A stretch of DNA of 64,000 nucleotides from Candidatus Hodarchaeota archaeon (GCA_048887225.1 JBHLJY010000004.1:128001-192000), one strand, 5' to 3'. Numbered from the stretch's first letter, positions 1 to 10,467 are shown. Program-made: numbers and translations. Notes: generated by a model from the sequence alone, not told the origin.

Positions 1-174
1 GTAAAGGCTTACGGAATGTCTTCTTTTGGACCAAGTGTTATTGGTATTACAGAAACAGATGCAGAAGCAGAAAAATTAAAAAGATCTGTAGAAGAGTTCA
101 CAAAAGATATTGGCGGTCATTATTATATCTGTAAGCCCAATAATACTGGAGCAAAAATAGAATATATTGAATGA
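1..174 (+). CDS. beta-ribofuranosylaminobenzene 5'-phosphate (RFAP) synthase, GHMP family, 3' end only
   Basis: Frame 1 reads VKAYGMSSFGPSVIG...KPNNTGAKIEYIE* (TGA 172-174). GxSSxGP and the terminal NxGA match RFAP synthases; directly upstream of mptD. Confidence 0.75.
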   Translation, partial: VKAYGMSSFGPSVIGITETDAEAEKLKRSVEEFTKDIGGHYYICKPNNTGAKIEYIE

Positions 175-180
175 GAATCA

Positions 181-576
181 ATGTCAAATAATAACCTTAA
201 AATCTATTTTTCACCTGATTTAAGTGATAGAGAACGAGCTTGTTTTGAAACGGGCATAAAACTAGGTGCTCTTTATCATATTTTAAGTGGCATTCCTATT
301 TCTTCTAATGATAAAATAATTAAATCTATTGAGGAAGGAATAGAAGCAGCAGTTTCTTGCCAACCTTATGTAAAGTCAATTAATATCAATTTAGATAAAG
401 AGAAAATTATAGGAGATAAGAATACTGAATTTGATTACGACGAAATAACTGGAAAAATAATCCGTGCAGAGCTCGTACTCGAATATGAATCAATAGAAAT
501 TTTAGCTAAAATCGATTGGGTTGAAGATCTACAATATCCATTAATGTTTATTGAAAAAATTCATACGAAAAAGTAG
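181..576 (+). CDS. mptD: archaeal dihydroneopterin aldolase
   Basis: YF..LSDRERACFETGIKLGALYH...G.P N-terminus, QPYV and YPLM motifs of the MptD/DUF381 family; pterin context. Confidence 0.85.
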   Translation: MSNNNLKIYFSPDLSDRERACFETGIKLGALYHILSGIPISSNDKIIKSIEEGIEAAVSCQPYVKSININLDKEKIIGDKNTEFDYDEITGKIIRAELVLEYESIEILAKIDWVEDLQYPLMFIEKIHTKK

Positions 577-613
577 ATATATCAATTTGGATTATGGTAA
601 TGACTTATTGTAA

Positions 614-1306
614 TTATGGAATTAAATAACTGATATATTTGCTTACAAGATCTATAGTTTTAAGCGCACGTTTATTTTTACCAAACCTTTTGATATTTCC
701 CATATGATCTATTATTTCATCGTGAATTACATTAAATAAAGCGAATTCATTTTTTTCTTTAGCAATTTTTAATCTAGTTGCTAACACGATAATTTCTAGT
801 GCTAAATTTTCAGCCCGGTTGAAGAATTTGAAAGAATCTTTTAACTTTTTGAAAGCTATTATATCTATTGTAAATTCACTAACTTCCGTTTCACCAAAAC
901 CATTTTTTTTGGTAGTTTGATCTTCTTTAACAACTTTACCGAATAAGATTAACCAAGCTTTAATAATGTAAGGAATTTTATCGCTAGGGATTTCATGATA
1001 TTCATAGTATTTAATAGGAAATTCTTTTATTCCTATTTGAGAGTTTGGCTCCTTTAAAGCTGCTAACGCGTACAAATACACATCATCAACAAAGTTTACA
1101 ACAATCCAGCCGTTTTTTTTTAAATTTCTTAGAGTTATTGTCTCTGGGTAAGGGCTGATCTTAAGAAGATTATCCTCACTAAATCTAATCCCCATGCATG
1201 CTGTATTAGGTTTGACGTTATCTTTTTTATCAGGTTTTGAAAAAGTTGTGGCTAAAATTTCATATAGATTACCTTTTTCCAGCCCGAAATCTCTGTAATT
1301 AAACAT
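614..1306 (-). CDS. DUF447 family protein (Orf22-like, associated with H4MPT biosynthesis)
   Basis: YEILATT...PNTACMGI, T.RNL, FNRA...LE..V.ATRL motifs. Confidence 0.75.
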   Translation of the reverse strand: MFNYRDFGLEKGNLYEILATTFSKPDKKDNVKPNTACMGIRFSEDNLLKISPYPETITLRNLKKNGWIVVNFVDDVYLYALAALKEPNSQIGIKEFPIKYYEYHEIPSDKIPYIIKAWLILFGKVVKEDQTTKKNGFGETEVSEFTIDIIAFKKLKDSFKFFNRAENLALEIIVLATRLKIAKEKNEFALFNVIHDEIIDHMGNIKRFGKNKRALKTIDLVSKYISYLIP

Positions 1307-1408
1307 TATATTTATAACTATAATTTATCAAATCAAAAAAGATATTCAAATCAAAATAATTATAAATTAAATTTAAAAAATTTTGGTAAAAATAAGAAAA
1401 AATCTTGT

Positions 1409-1879
1409 TTATTTTTTTCTTTGCCTTTTAAGAGTCTCCTCGATTTCAAGCAATATTCCTAAACTTTCCTCAGTATCAAAATATGCATATGCTTGTCTTC
1501 CTATTTGTCCAGACTGAATAACAGGATAATTAAGCTTTTCAAATAGTTCAATATACGATTGCATACCATCTACAAAAATAGCTACATGGTGAAGCCCTTC
1601 TCTTCCTTGATCTAAAAATTCTCTATAAATACACTCACCCTCTACCAATTGAATAAGCTCTATTTGTAAATTGAAATTGCGGCTGAACGCTATTTTATAA
1701 GTTACATCAGAATCTTTTCCCCTATACTTGATCGTACCGCTGATGCTTGGCATAATTGTAAATTTTGGTATATTAAATAAATTTTCCATAATTCTGGCTT
1801 GTTTTTCAACATCTTTATAAACATAACCAAATTGGTCAATTTTAAGATTACTTAAATCGATTTTTAAATTACTTTCCAT
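1409..1879 (-). CDS. VOC superfamily protein (methylmalonyl-CoA epimerase/glyoxalase-like)
   Basis: QFGYVYKDVE, QIELIQ, FL..GREGLHHVA, YAYFDT...LGILLEI. Confidence 0.8.
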   Translation of the reverse strand: MESNLKIDLSNLKIDQFGYVYKDVEKQARIMENLFNIPKFTIMPSISGTIKYRGKDSDVTYKIAFSRNFNLQIELIQLVEGECIYREFLDQGREGLHHVAIFVDGMQSYIELFEKLNYPVIQSGQIGRQAYAYFDTEESLGILLEIEETLKRQRKK

Positions 1880-1939
1880 TTTTTCTCAACAAGAAATTTA
1901 ATTTTATTAAATTATATTTCAAATTTAAAGTATAAAAAA

Positions 1940-2818
1940 CTATAATTCGAATTTTGTAACTTTCTGTCTCTTATCTATTTTAGGATAGATTTTACCAGTT
2001 ATAGGAGGAGAACTGTTATAAATTTCCTCGATTTCAATTAATCCAAACTCTATATCTTCAAGTTTTTGAACACCTGTGAAAGTTCCTTTTACTACCTGGC
2101 TTGCCATATCGAAATTTGCTGCAAAAACAGCAACTTTAGAGTCGATGGGAATCTGTAATAAATCCTCCTTTAAAGCAGTTAGAGGAAAATAGAGTCTATT
2201 GTGATCGACGGCTTGGAGTTGAAGATGTGGGATAATAATCGGATAATCATCCGAAGGATCAATATAAGCAATAGCTCTAACACCAATACCGGCCGTAAGA
2301 AGTTTATATCCAATAACATTTAATCGTTTTTCTTCAAGCCCGGTTTTCGCTGATTTTACAATCTGTTTGGCAATTTTTTTAGCAATACCTCCAAATGGCA
2401 ATTCTCTAATAGGAGTGGTTGCTACAATATAGTTGTAGTAGACTTTATAGATATTAATATATGTGAAATACCTCATAAAGTCTGACTTGTTAAAATATTC
2501 TATATCTTCTCCTTCAGTTTTCGTATGACTGAAATCTGCTTTTACTTGGATGAATTTAAAAGGGGCCTCCGCAGTCATGTAAAAAAGCCCTTGTTTTGGA
2601 TTCTTTTGGACATATTCTTTGCTTAAACCTTTAGCAAATTGCCCCCACACTATTTGATTTTTAGTTATTGCCCTGTTACTTGAAATTAAGGTTAAATGAG
2701 GCCAACCACGCGGATCTACAGTTGATATTAATTTTACCATGATTTCTGGTTGTGTAAAGTTAATAATTTCATCTGAAAGTTCGGAAATCCACTGAGGTAA
2801 TTTATCATCCTTATTCAT
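1940..2818 (-). CDS. pyridoxamine 5'-phosphate oxidase-like FMN-binding split-barrel protein (probably two barrels)
   Basis: KLISTVDPRGWPH, with a second copy AIAYIDPSDDYP. Confidence 0.6.
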   Translation of the reverse strand: MNKDDKLPQWISELSDEIINFTQPEIMVKLISTVDPRGWPHLTLISSNRAITKNQIVWGQFAKGLSKEYVQKNPKQGLFYMTAEAPFKFIQVKADFSHTKTEGEDIEYFNKSDFMRYFTYINIYKVYYNYIVATTPIRELPFGGIAKKIAKQIVKSAKTGLEEKRLNVIGYKLLTAGIGVRAIAYIDPSDDYPIIIPHLQLQAVDHNRLYFPLTALKEDLLQIPIDSKVAVFAANFDMASQVVKGTFTGVQKLEDIEFGLIEIEEIYNSSPPITGKIYPKIDKRQKVTKFEL

Positions 2819-2868
2819 TTTTTAATCATCCAAAATAAATATATTAGACCTTTATATTATTTAATTCT

Positions 2869-3885
2869 TTATTCGCAAGATGGTAATTTAATATCTTTCT
2901 TTTTTTGACCCTTATCATCGCTACGTTCAACTCTTTTAGTCATTCCGGACCATTTCACATTTTTAACGCCTGTGTTCTTAGCAAGTTCGTAAAAATGTTC
3001 CAATTTATCTTTAGTCATTAAAGGTTCTTCCTTTAAAACCCAATCAAGATCTAACCTTTCGTATTTCGCTGTACATAGATTGTTAAAACTTAAAAGATCC
3101 CATCTTTCGGGAATATTATTTAAATTATTCACTATGAACTCTCCTATGGCTCTAATATTATCATCAGTAGCAGTAAAGTGAGGTATAATCGGAGTCCTTA
3201 TCCACATTTTTTTACCATTTCTATCTATGTAATTCGAAATTAAAACTGCATTTTCTAAAATCCGTTCATTTGGAACCCCAGTATATTCTTTATGTTTTTC
3301 AGAATTTATTAGTTTTATGTCTAAAAGAATTAAATCTACATATGGGAGTAATTTTTCGTATATACTATAAGAAGCATATCCGCACGTATCTAGCGCAGTA
3401 GAAATCCCATTTTCCTTACATTTTTTCAAAAATTGTTCTATGAACTCTGGTTGCTGTGTAGGTTCACCTCCCGAAATTGTTATTCCTCCTTTAGATTTAG
3501 TATAATAGACTTTATCTTTTTCAACTTCGCGAAAAAGGTCGTCTATATTCCACCATTTACCTAACATATTTAATGCTGTGCTTGGACATGCTTCTGAACA
3601 TTCTCCACAGCTATTACATTTTTCTCTATCAATATTTAAACCATCTTCATCAAAAGATAAAGCAATTTGTTGGCATGTTTCAATGCAAGTCTTGCAACCG
3701 ATACATTTATGTTTTAACCATTCAAGCTGGGATTTTTTAAGGATTGATTCAGGGTTGTGGCACCATATACATCTTAAAGGACATTGCTTCATAAAAACTG
3801 TTGTTCGAATGCCTGGACCGTCCTCAGTCGACATTTTTTGAATCTGAAAAATTAGTCCATTTTCAGCTTCTACCATTTTTATCAA
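2869..3885 (-). CDS. glycyl-radical enzyme activating enzyme (radical SAM with 2x[4Fe-4S] insert)
   Basis: DGPGIRTTVF, CPLRCIWCHNPES, ferredoxin motifs CIGCKTCIETC and CNSCGECSEACP, GGITISGGEP, DTCG. Confidence 0.95.
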   Translation of the reverse strand: MIKMVEAENGLIFQIQKMSTEDGPGIRTTVFMKQCPLRCIWCHNPESILKKSQLEWLKHKCIGCKTCIETCQQIALSFDEDGLNIDREKCNSCGECSEACPSTALNMLGKWWNIDDLFREVEKDKVYYTKSKGGITISGGEPTQQPEFIEQFLKKCKENGISTALDTCGYASYSIYEKLLPYVDLILLDIKLINSEKHKEYTGVPNERILENAVLISNYIDRNGKKMWIRTPIIPHFTATDDNIRAIGEFIVNNLNNIPERWDLLSFNNLCTAKYERLDLDWVLKEEPLMTKDKLEHFYELAKNTGVKNVKWSGMTKRVERSDDKGQKKKDIKLPSCE

Positions 3886-4041
3886 TATTACTTTAATAAC
3901 AATATTATAGGTTTATATCTAATTTTCTCACTTAATTCATGTATATAATTATATGCCAGATAAAAAATATTGCGCTAATTTTTTGAAACAGTTGCTTTTT
4001 AACTAAAAAAAATAGAAATAGGATTTTTCCAGAAATATGCC

Positions 4042-5451
4042 CTAGAGATCAAGTTCTCTTAACTTCTTAGCATTTGCTTCTATTTGTTCTGAAGTAATAT
4101 TATAAAATTTCCAGAAGAGGAAGATTCCAATGAATACAATTAACAAAGGAAATAGTGCTATTTGAATTCTTAATCCCATAAGTTCAGCAGGACTTGTTGA
4201 TCCTGATTTGTAGCCTGTAAATGTTCTCACTATCCAAAATACTATTGCTGTATAGGCAATTCCTACCCGTGAGAAAAATAGATATGTTCCATTATATAAT
4301 CCCTCCTGACGTTTTCCAGTAGATACTGCTGCTTCATCAATTACACTAGAAAATAATGGCATTGTCATGCTTATTATAGCTCCATCAACACATCCTGCAA
4401 TAATAAAGATAATAATTGCCAATGGAAGACCACTCGGTCCAACTGGAACAAATAGGAGGGGGATACCCATACAACTTAACATGACGGCCCCGATTAATGC
4501 AACCCGTTTGATTCCAATCCTGAAAGATAGTTTATACCAGAGAGGTGCCGCGGCTATAACCGATATTACATAAAACAATAAAATAATTTCACCTATTTTT
4601 GACATTTGTAAAATATCTTCAACAAAAAAAGGCAATGAAGCCATAACAAGTCCCATAGCAGAAGTATAACAGACATATAAAGCCAAATAAGCAATAAAAT
4701 TTTTATCCTTCAAGGTAATTTTCATCCCTGTGAAGAAAGGCACTGCTTCTTCTTCTCCTAGGCGAGCTCGACGCTCTCTTATTTCTGGTCCTTCACGTAC
4801 ACCAGGTATCATTAATAAAAAGATACCAAAACTAACTCCCGCAACTACAAACGCTTGGATTGCCCATCCAGTTTCTCCACCAAGTATCTCGATAATTAAT
4901 ACAGGTATTAATATACCAAGTAAAATTCCAATCGTTTCAAGAACAGTTGTAATTGTACCAGCTATTCTTCGATCCTTACTATCACGAAATTTATCGGGAA
5001 AAAGAGCTACTCTATTGATATCAAAGAGTGAAAACACAGCATCATAAAGACACATGAAAAATAATAGCCAGAAAAACACTCCTAAATGTCCTATTTGGCT
5101 GATTGAGGGAGCCATAAAGAGAAAAATAACAACAAAGCACCAAGGTATCCCGCCCATAATAATAAATGGAAATCGTTTACCCCAACGTTTCGTTAAACGC
5201 TTTGATTTATCGCAGAGATAACCTAAGAGTGGATCATTAAACATGTTAAATACCATATAGATGATCATAGCAATAACATACAAAGTGATATCCAAACCGA
5301 CTACGGTTTGATAGTAATAAGGTAATTGTTGAGTATATAATTGAGACATCATTAATCCGATAAAATTTCCAAGCTGAAATGATGTAATTATCTTCTTTGG
5401 ATATCTATTTATGATGAGCTCATCGTTATCCTTTCGTACTACTTCCGTCAT
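4042..5451 (-). CDS. MFS transporter, GPH/MelB-like family
   Basis: About 12 hydrophobic segments; FNDPLLGYLCD..TKRWGKRFPF; GKRQEGLY. Confidence 0.9.
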   Translation of the reverse strand: MTEVVRKDNDELIINRYPKKIITSFQLGNFIGLMMSQLYTQQLPYYYQTVVGLDITLYVIAMIIYMVFNMFNDPLLGYLCDKSKRLTKRWGKRFPFIIMGGIPWCFVVIFLFMAPSISQIGHLGVFFWLLFFMCLYDAVFSLFDINRVALFPDKFRDSKDRRIAGTITTVLETIGILLGILIPVLIIEILGGETGWAIQAFVVAGVSFGIFLLMIPGVREGPEIRERRARLGEEEAVPFFTGMKITLKDKNFIAYLALYVCYTSAMGLVMASLPFFVEDILQMSKIGEIILLFYVISVIAAAPLWYKLSFRIGIKRVALIGAVMLSCMGIPLLFVPVGPSGLPLAIIIFIIAGCVDGAIISMTMPLFSSVIDEAAVSTGKRQEGLYNGTYLFFSRVGIAYTAIVFWIVRTFTGYKSGSTSPAELMGLRIQIALFPLLIVFIGIFLFWKFYNITSEQIEANAKKLRELDL

Positions 5452-5486
5452 AAATTTCCTCTCTAATTTTGATTGCTCCTAATTTT

Positions 5487-7121
5487 TTATAATCTTTTTC
5501 TTAAAGGCATTCCAGATAATGCTCTTGTAAAAACTCCTTTATTAAGCGCAAGGACACCATTTACAAAAACATACTCAATACCCTCGGAATACAACCTTGG
5601 ATTTTCGTAAGTAGCCTTATCAATTATCGTATTTTTATCAAAAATGGTGATATCTGCCCAATAACCTTCTTTAAGCAGACCTCGATCTCTTAATCCCAAT
5701 TTTTGAGCGGGATATGAGGTCATTCTTCTTATTGCATCGTGTAATGTAAGTAATTTCTCTTCTCGAACATATTTCCCTAATACTTGTGTAAAAGTACCAT
5801 TGGTATATGGATTTGGAAAATACTCAGAATCTTCTGGAAGGATCCTCCCATCTGAAGCGAACATTGTAAGCGGATGGGTAATTGTTATTATATTATCCTC
5901 TTCAGTTATCGAAAGATAAGTCCCTCCTACTGCACCTTCTTGTTCGATTAAAACATCAATTACAACCTGCCTTGGATCTATATTTTGTTCTATTGAATTT
6001 TGATAGACTGTTTTTCCATTGAATATTTTACTTTTTGGAGCATTTATGTATACTTTTTTCCAATCTTCTCTTTCTTCTATTTTCAGAAAACTCTTCACAA
6101 TTAAATCAATTTCTCCGTAAATTTTATTTTTTAGATCGCTGTCAGTTTTAGATTTCTTTAATATTTCAATTGCTCTCGGAATATCTACTTTTTCTTTAGA
6201 AAGGTAAACCCATGGTGGTGTTAATACAAATAAAAAAGTATGATTAGATGCTTGAGGAAAAACGTCAAATGTGATATCTAAATTTTCTTCACGAGCTTTC
6301 TCAACATATTTATAAGCCTTTCTTATATCTCCGCGCCAAAATCCAAATGGTTTAAAATGATTAATTTGAACAGGTATTCCTGATTTAGCGATTTTAATTG
6401 CCTCTTTAGTAGCTTTAACTAATCCAATCGCAAATCCTCGAAAATGAGTGGCATAAATTCCATCATATTTATTTACTACCTTGCAAAGTTCAATAATTTC
6501 GTCGGTTTTAGCAAAAGAACCTGGTGGATAATCTAACCCTGTAGACATACCGAAAGCACCATTTTTCATCTCTCCCTCAAGGATCTCTTTCATCTCCTCT
6601 AATTCTTCGGAAGTTGGTGCTTTATTATTCAAACCTAAAACGTTAGCCCTTATCATTGAATGACCAATTAATGGAATCACATTAATAGGTATTTTTCTTT
6701 GTTTTAACGCCTCTAAATATTCATTCAAATTTTGATAAGCAAATTCTTTTTCAAAATCTTCACTCGCACCAAGAATTGCTCCGAACATTTCAATATCATC
6801 TTTTTCAATTTTATCAGAATTTATTGGTGGTATCATAGAAAAACCACAGTTCCCTATAACGTGAGTTGTAACCCCCTGTGTTAATACATTTTCACCACGG
6901 CTTAATAGAATAGTTTGATCAGAATGAGTATGAATATCAATAAAACCAGGTGAAACTATAAGTCCTGAGGCATCAATCACATCTTCAGCGTCATCTTCTC
7001 TTATCTTCGTTTCGATATTTTGAATTTTACCATTATCAACTAACAAATCTGTTTTAAACCACGGATTACCCGTTCCATCAACAACTCTTCCATTCTTGAT
7101 TAAATAAGATTTTGGCGTAAT
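5487..7121 (-). CDS. N-acyl-D-amino-acid deacylase-like amidohydrolase (start extended to ATT)
   Basis: PGFIDIHTHSD, GNCG, GMSTGLDYPPG, ADITIFD. The open frame continues upstream of the tracked ORF as ITPKSYLIKNGRVVDGTGNPWFKTD, the conserved family N-terminus. No ATG/GTG/TTG occurs before the in-frame TAA; SD-like AAGGGGA precedes ATT. Confidence 0.85.
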   Translation of the reverse strand: MTPKSYLIKNGRVVDGTGNPWFKTDLLVDNGKIQNIETKIREDDAEDVIDASGLIVSPGFIDIHTHSDQTILLSRGENVLTQGVTTHVIGNCGFSMIPPINSDKIEKDDIEMFGAILGASEDFEKEFAYQNLNEYLEALKQRKIPINVIPLIGHSMIRANVLGLNNKAPTSEELEEMKEILEGEMKNGAFGMSTGLDYPPGSFAKTDEIIELCKVVNKYDGIYATHFRGFAIGLVKATKEAIKIAKSGIPVQINHFKPFGFWRGDIRKAYKYVEKAREENLDITFDVFPQASNHTFLFVLTPPWVYLSKEKVDIPRAIEILKKSKTDSDLKNKIYGEIDLIVKSFLKIEEREDWKKVYINAPKSKIFNGKTVYQNSIEQNIDPRQVVIDVLIEQEGAVGGTYLSITEEDNIITITHPLTMFASDGRILPEDSEYFPNPYTNGTFTQVLGKYVREEKLLTLHDAIRRMTSYPAQKLGLRDRGLLKEGYWADITIFDKNTIIDKATYENPRLYSEGIEYVFVNGVLALNKGVFTRALSGMPLRKRL

Positions 7122-7308
7122 TTTAATCCCCTTTATTAATTTTTATTTATAACTTCCTTTTTATCCATATATAAATGTTGTATTTTTAGTAAAACTGATG
7201 AATTTTTAAAATGAGATATCGAATTAAAAAACAATGAATAAAACTAAAATCAAAAAATACAACTCAATCAGAAATTAAAAAAAGAATTTCTTGCTGATTT
7301 AAAATTAT

Positions 7309-9801
7309 TCATATCTTATGAGACTCTCGTGCGATTATCTCGTTTTGCAATTCTCTCCCGATCGCAGTAAAGTAAGCGTTGTACCCTGTAACTCTTACTA
7401 GTAGATTTTTGTAATTCTGTGGATGCTTTTGAGCATCTTTTAACATTTCAGCATCTAACATATTTACTTGTAAGCAAGTACCTCCATTCTCAACATAGCT
7501 CCTTAGATAGGATTTGAATTTTTCCTTATGTTCGGGATCTACAAGAATACTTGGATTAAATGTTATTGTATGGGAAGCACCATTTGGTAAATAATTAATG
7601 TATTCTCCTGTGGCAGTTTTACCACCCAACGCTATTCCAATAGAATTAGCAACAGAAGTGGGACCTTTTGTATCTGCTCCGTTTGTAGGGCAAATCGCGT
7701 TTGATAAGAATGTGCCACTATTCCGACCATTTGGAGTTGCCACTGTAAAATGAGCGTCCGCTCCAGCCCAATAATTCCACGATAACATTCCTGGACGATA
7801 TTGAAAATTAGTTGGTGTTTTATATTTCCAGCATTCGTCTGTCCATGTTTTCATAATCACTCTTGCTAGTTCATCAGCATCATTTTCGTCATTTCCGTAT
7901 TTCGGAGCTTTATTCTTTAAGATTGTTTGCATAACTTCAAATCCTTTGAAATCATTCATTAATGCTTCTTTAATTTGAGATATTGTATATTTTTTATCTT
8001 CATAAACCAGCTTTTTAATTGCTAATAATGAATCAACCGTAGTAGCAAATCCAACTCCCTCAACCGTCACAAAACTTAATTCTGGGCCACCATTTCTAAC
8101 ATCTAATCCCTTTTCTATACAACCTTGAACGAAAGCTGATAAATATGGTGTAGGGAGATATTCTCCGCGAAGTTCTTCACATAAATTGTTCGTATCCACT
8201 GTGTATTTTATGATGAATTTTATTTGTTCTTTCCAAGCGTTCCAAAACTCTTCCCATGTTTTAAAATTTTCAGGTTCACCAGTTTCTGGACCAATTTTTT
8301 CCCCAGGTTTTGTAGCTCTATCGTTTCCTAACATATTTCTTCCGTTCCAAAGCGTTAATTCTATGCTTTTGGCCAAATTAGGATTACAATTAACCGTTCC
8401 TGAACGATCATTTCCTTGCATAGTGTTTTCTAAGCACCCTACACAAGCATAATTCCAAGCTTCTTCTTTGGGTATTCCTTCTTTAACCATACCGGCAATA
8501 CTCCTCTCGTCAAAATTTATTAGAAAAGGAGCTCCTTGAGACCTTGATATCATTTCAATTATTACATCAAGCAATCTATCTGGAGAATTTCTATGTAACC
8601 TTACGTTTGGTTTTGGCTCCAAGATAGGCGACCACTCGTCAATAACCTCTAAAATTATATAAGTTAGGTCATTCGTTAAGTCTTCTCCACTAGAGCCGCA
8701 TCCAGATAAAGTCATTAGCTGACCAAACGCAGACGTAATGCCCTGCTTGCCGGTTCTTATCATGGCATCATACACAGTATTACAATGGAACCAGAAGCTT
8801 CCTAATATATCTTTGGCAAATTCTTTTGTAATGTTTTTCTGGTCTATCACATCTTTTTTATATAAAGACCATAAATGTTGATCTGTTCTACCAAAAGAAA
8901 GTCCAGGTCCGGGATAAGACTCTTCCGCCATTACTAGCATATGTGTAAGCCATATCGCTTGAAGTCCTTGCCAAAAGGTTTCAGCAGGTTCCCATGGGAC
9001 CGTTTCTAAATTTTTTGCCATTTGTTCAAGTTCTTCAACTCTTTCAGGAGTAGAAGCTTCAATTTTTAATCTTCTACATTCCTCTGCATACTTTTTTGCC
9101 AGTTTTCTTGGAATTTCAGAAGCTATTATTATTGCTCTAAGTTCCGCTCCTTTTGGACCACTTTTATCTTCTTCACTTAATTTAAAGTATCTTTCCCTTG
9201 CTTTTTCATAATAAAATTTAAATCCTTTCTTAACAATAGTCTCGTAATCGGGAATAATATGACCTGCGACAGCACCGAGATTTCCAAAGCCTGATTGATG
9301 ATATTTAAAAACTTCGTCTCTATTTCTTATATTTTTTTTCCAATACTCTTTTGCTTCTTTTTGATTAAAACATTTCGATAATTGCGTGTTAAAACGTCCC
9401 CCCGCAATTAAATCATTTTCAGAAATAATTTCTTGAGGAATATAATTAAGCATAACGTCTTCAAAAAACATTATTCTACGTTCTGGCAAGGATAATTCCC
9501 AAAAATCTTCTGGTAATTTAACTGGTAAAGCCATCGATCTAAAAGAAGAAGCAAAAACTCCTTTGTCGTTTTTTCCCAATATTTGAATATAATAAAGCAC
9601 TTCCGGTGATATATAATAATCTCCTTCGAACCATATTATATCCCAATCAGTGCCAGTCGTGAATGGCATAAATTCGTTATTCCATTCCCGTTCTACACCC
9701 TTAAAATAATAATCTCTTAACCATTTTGATCTTGCAGATAAATCGTGAGGTTCAGCAATAGGATATTTTGGTCCTTCTTTTAATTTTTCAGTATCGCTCA
9801 A
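7309..9801 (-). CDS. glycyl radical enzyme (PFL2/dehydratase-like class), substrate unknown
   Basis: 830 aa; Gly loop LLVRVTGYNAYF, Cys loop ACVGCLENT, SFGRTDQHL, PKYGND, ATPNGR. Confidence 0.95.
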   Translation of the reverse strand: MSDTEKLKEGPKYPIAEPHDLSARSKWLRDYYFKGVEREWNNEFMPFTTGTDWDIIWFEGDYYISPEVLYYIQILGKNDKGVFASSFRSMALPVKLPEDFWELSLPERRIMFFEDVMLNYIPQEIISENDLIAGGRFNTQLSKCFNQKEAKEYWKKNIRNRDEVFKYHQSGFGNLGAVAGHIIPDYETIVKKGFKFYYEKARERYFKLSEEDKSGPKGAELRAIIIASEIPRKLAKKYAEECRRLKIEASTPERVEELEQMAKNLETVPWEPAETFWQGLQAIWLTHMLVMAEESYPGPGLSFGRTDQHLWSLYKKDVIDQKNITKEFAKDILGSFWFHCNTVYDAMIRTGKQGITSAFGQLMTLSGCGSSGEDLTNDLTYIILEVIDEWSPILEPKPNVRLHRNSPDRLLDVIIEMISRSQGAPFLINFDERSIAGMVKEGIPKEEAWNYACVGCLENTMQGNDRSGTVNCNPNLAKSIELTLWNGRNMLGNDRATKPGEKIGPETGEPENFKTWEEFWNAWKEQIKFIIKYTVDTNNLCEELRGEYLPTPYLSAFVQGCIEKGLDVRNGGPELSFVTVEGVGFATTVDSLLAIKKLVYEDKKYTISQIKEALMNDFKGFEVMQTILKNKAPKYGNDENDADELARVIMKTWTDECWKYKTPTNFQYRPGMLSWNYWAGADAHFTVATPNGRNSGTFLSNAICPTNGADTKGPTSVANSIGIALGGKTATGEYINYLPNGASHTITFNPSILVDPEHKEKFKSYLRSYVENGGTCLQVNMLDAEMLKDAQKHPQNYKNLLVRVTGYNAYFTAIGRELQNEIIARESHKI

Positions 9802-9936
9802 TTTTTTATCTCCTTAAACTTTTAGTCTGTTATTTAAGATGAAATTATATGATTGATTATTTATAAATTGTTTTTACAGAATATAAGAATCTATTATATT
9901 AGAAAAAAAAAATTAATAAATAAAAAAAAGTAGTGA

Positions 9937-10467
9937 TTATTTTAACCTTTCTTCGGAAAGCTTTAAATGATCTGTCTCTACTTCGACAAATGCTTGAAAT
10001 ATCTCTTTAACACGAGCATTTTCGGCTTCTGCTGCTGCTTGACCGTAAAATTTAATAGCTCTATCTTCACGACTATGAGATTCTTCGAGGTTTGGCTTAT
10101 ATTCTGGTGCACATTTATCGTATTTGGGGAATTCCACTTTATCTAATTTTAGGATTTTTTTCCAAACTGAAGCATGCTCGCCTTCTACTTTAGCAAGAAT
10201 TTTAAATAATTTCTGACCATCTAATTCTGGGGTTTTCTTACTAGCACATTTATAGAAGATATTATTAGAAATTTCGACTTCTAACGCTTTTTCAGAGTTG
10301 GCTTTATCTTTTTCATTTAAGTCAACATCCCATGCTCCTGTATCATCGTATTCCTTTGAGTTTATAAAGTACTTTTCATATGCACCACAGAAAGGGCAAC
10401 GAGAGGGCGCTTCTTCTCCTATATAGGCTTCACCACATATTTTGCATACAAATATTTGAACAGAAAT
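9937..10467 (-). CDS. reverse rubrerythrin-like protein (N-terminal rubredoxin + ferritin-like di-iron domain), ATT start
   Basis: Frame open from ATT at 10467: ISVQIFVCKICGEAYIGEEAPSRCPFCGA...ALEVE...FY...VEGEH...SRE..AIKFY...VETDH (176 aa). SD AGGGTGA lies 6 nt upstream, with an in-frame TGA just before. The track shows only the last 66 aa. Confidence 0.9.
   Translation of the reverse strand: MSVQIFVCKICGEAYIGEEAPSRCPFCGAYEKYFINSKEYDDTGAWDVDLNEKDKANSEKALEVEISNNIFYKCASKKTPELDGQKLFKILAKVEGEHASVWKKILKLDKVEFPKYDKCAPEYKPNLEESHSREDRAIKFYGQAAAEAENARVKEIFQAFVEVETDHLKLSEERLK

Noticed and set aside
7309-9801. Calling the GRE pyruvate formate-lyase
   Set aside because: It has a single Cys-x-Glu loop instead of Cys-Cys, and the activase carries a ferredoxin insert.
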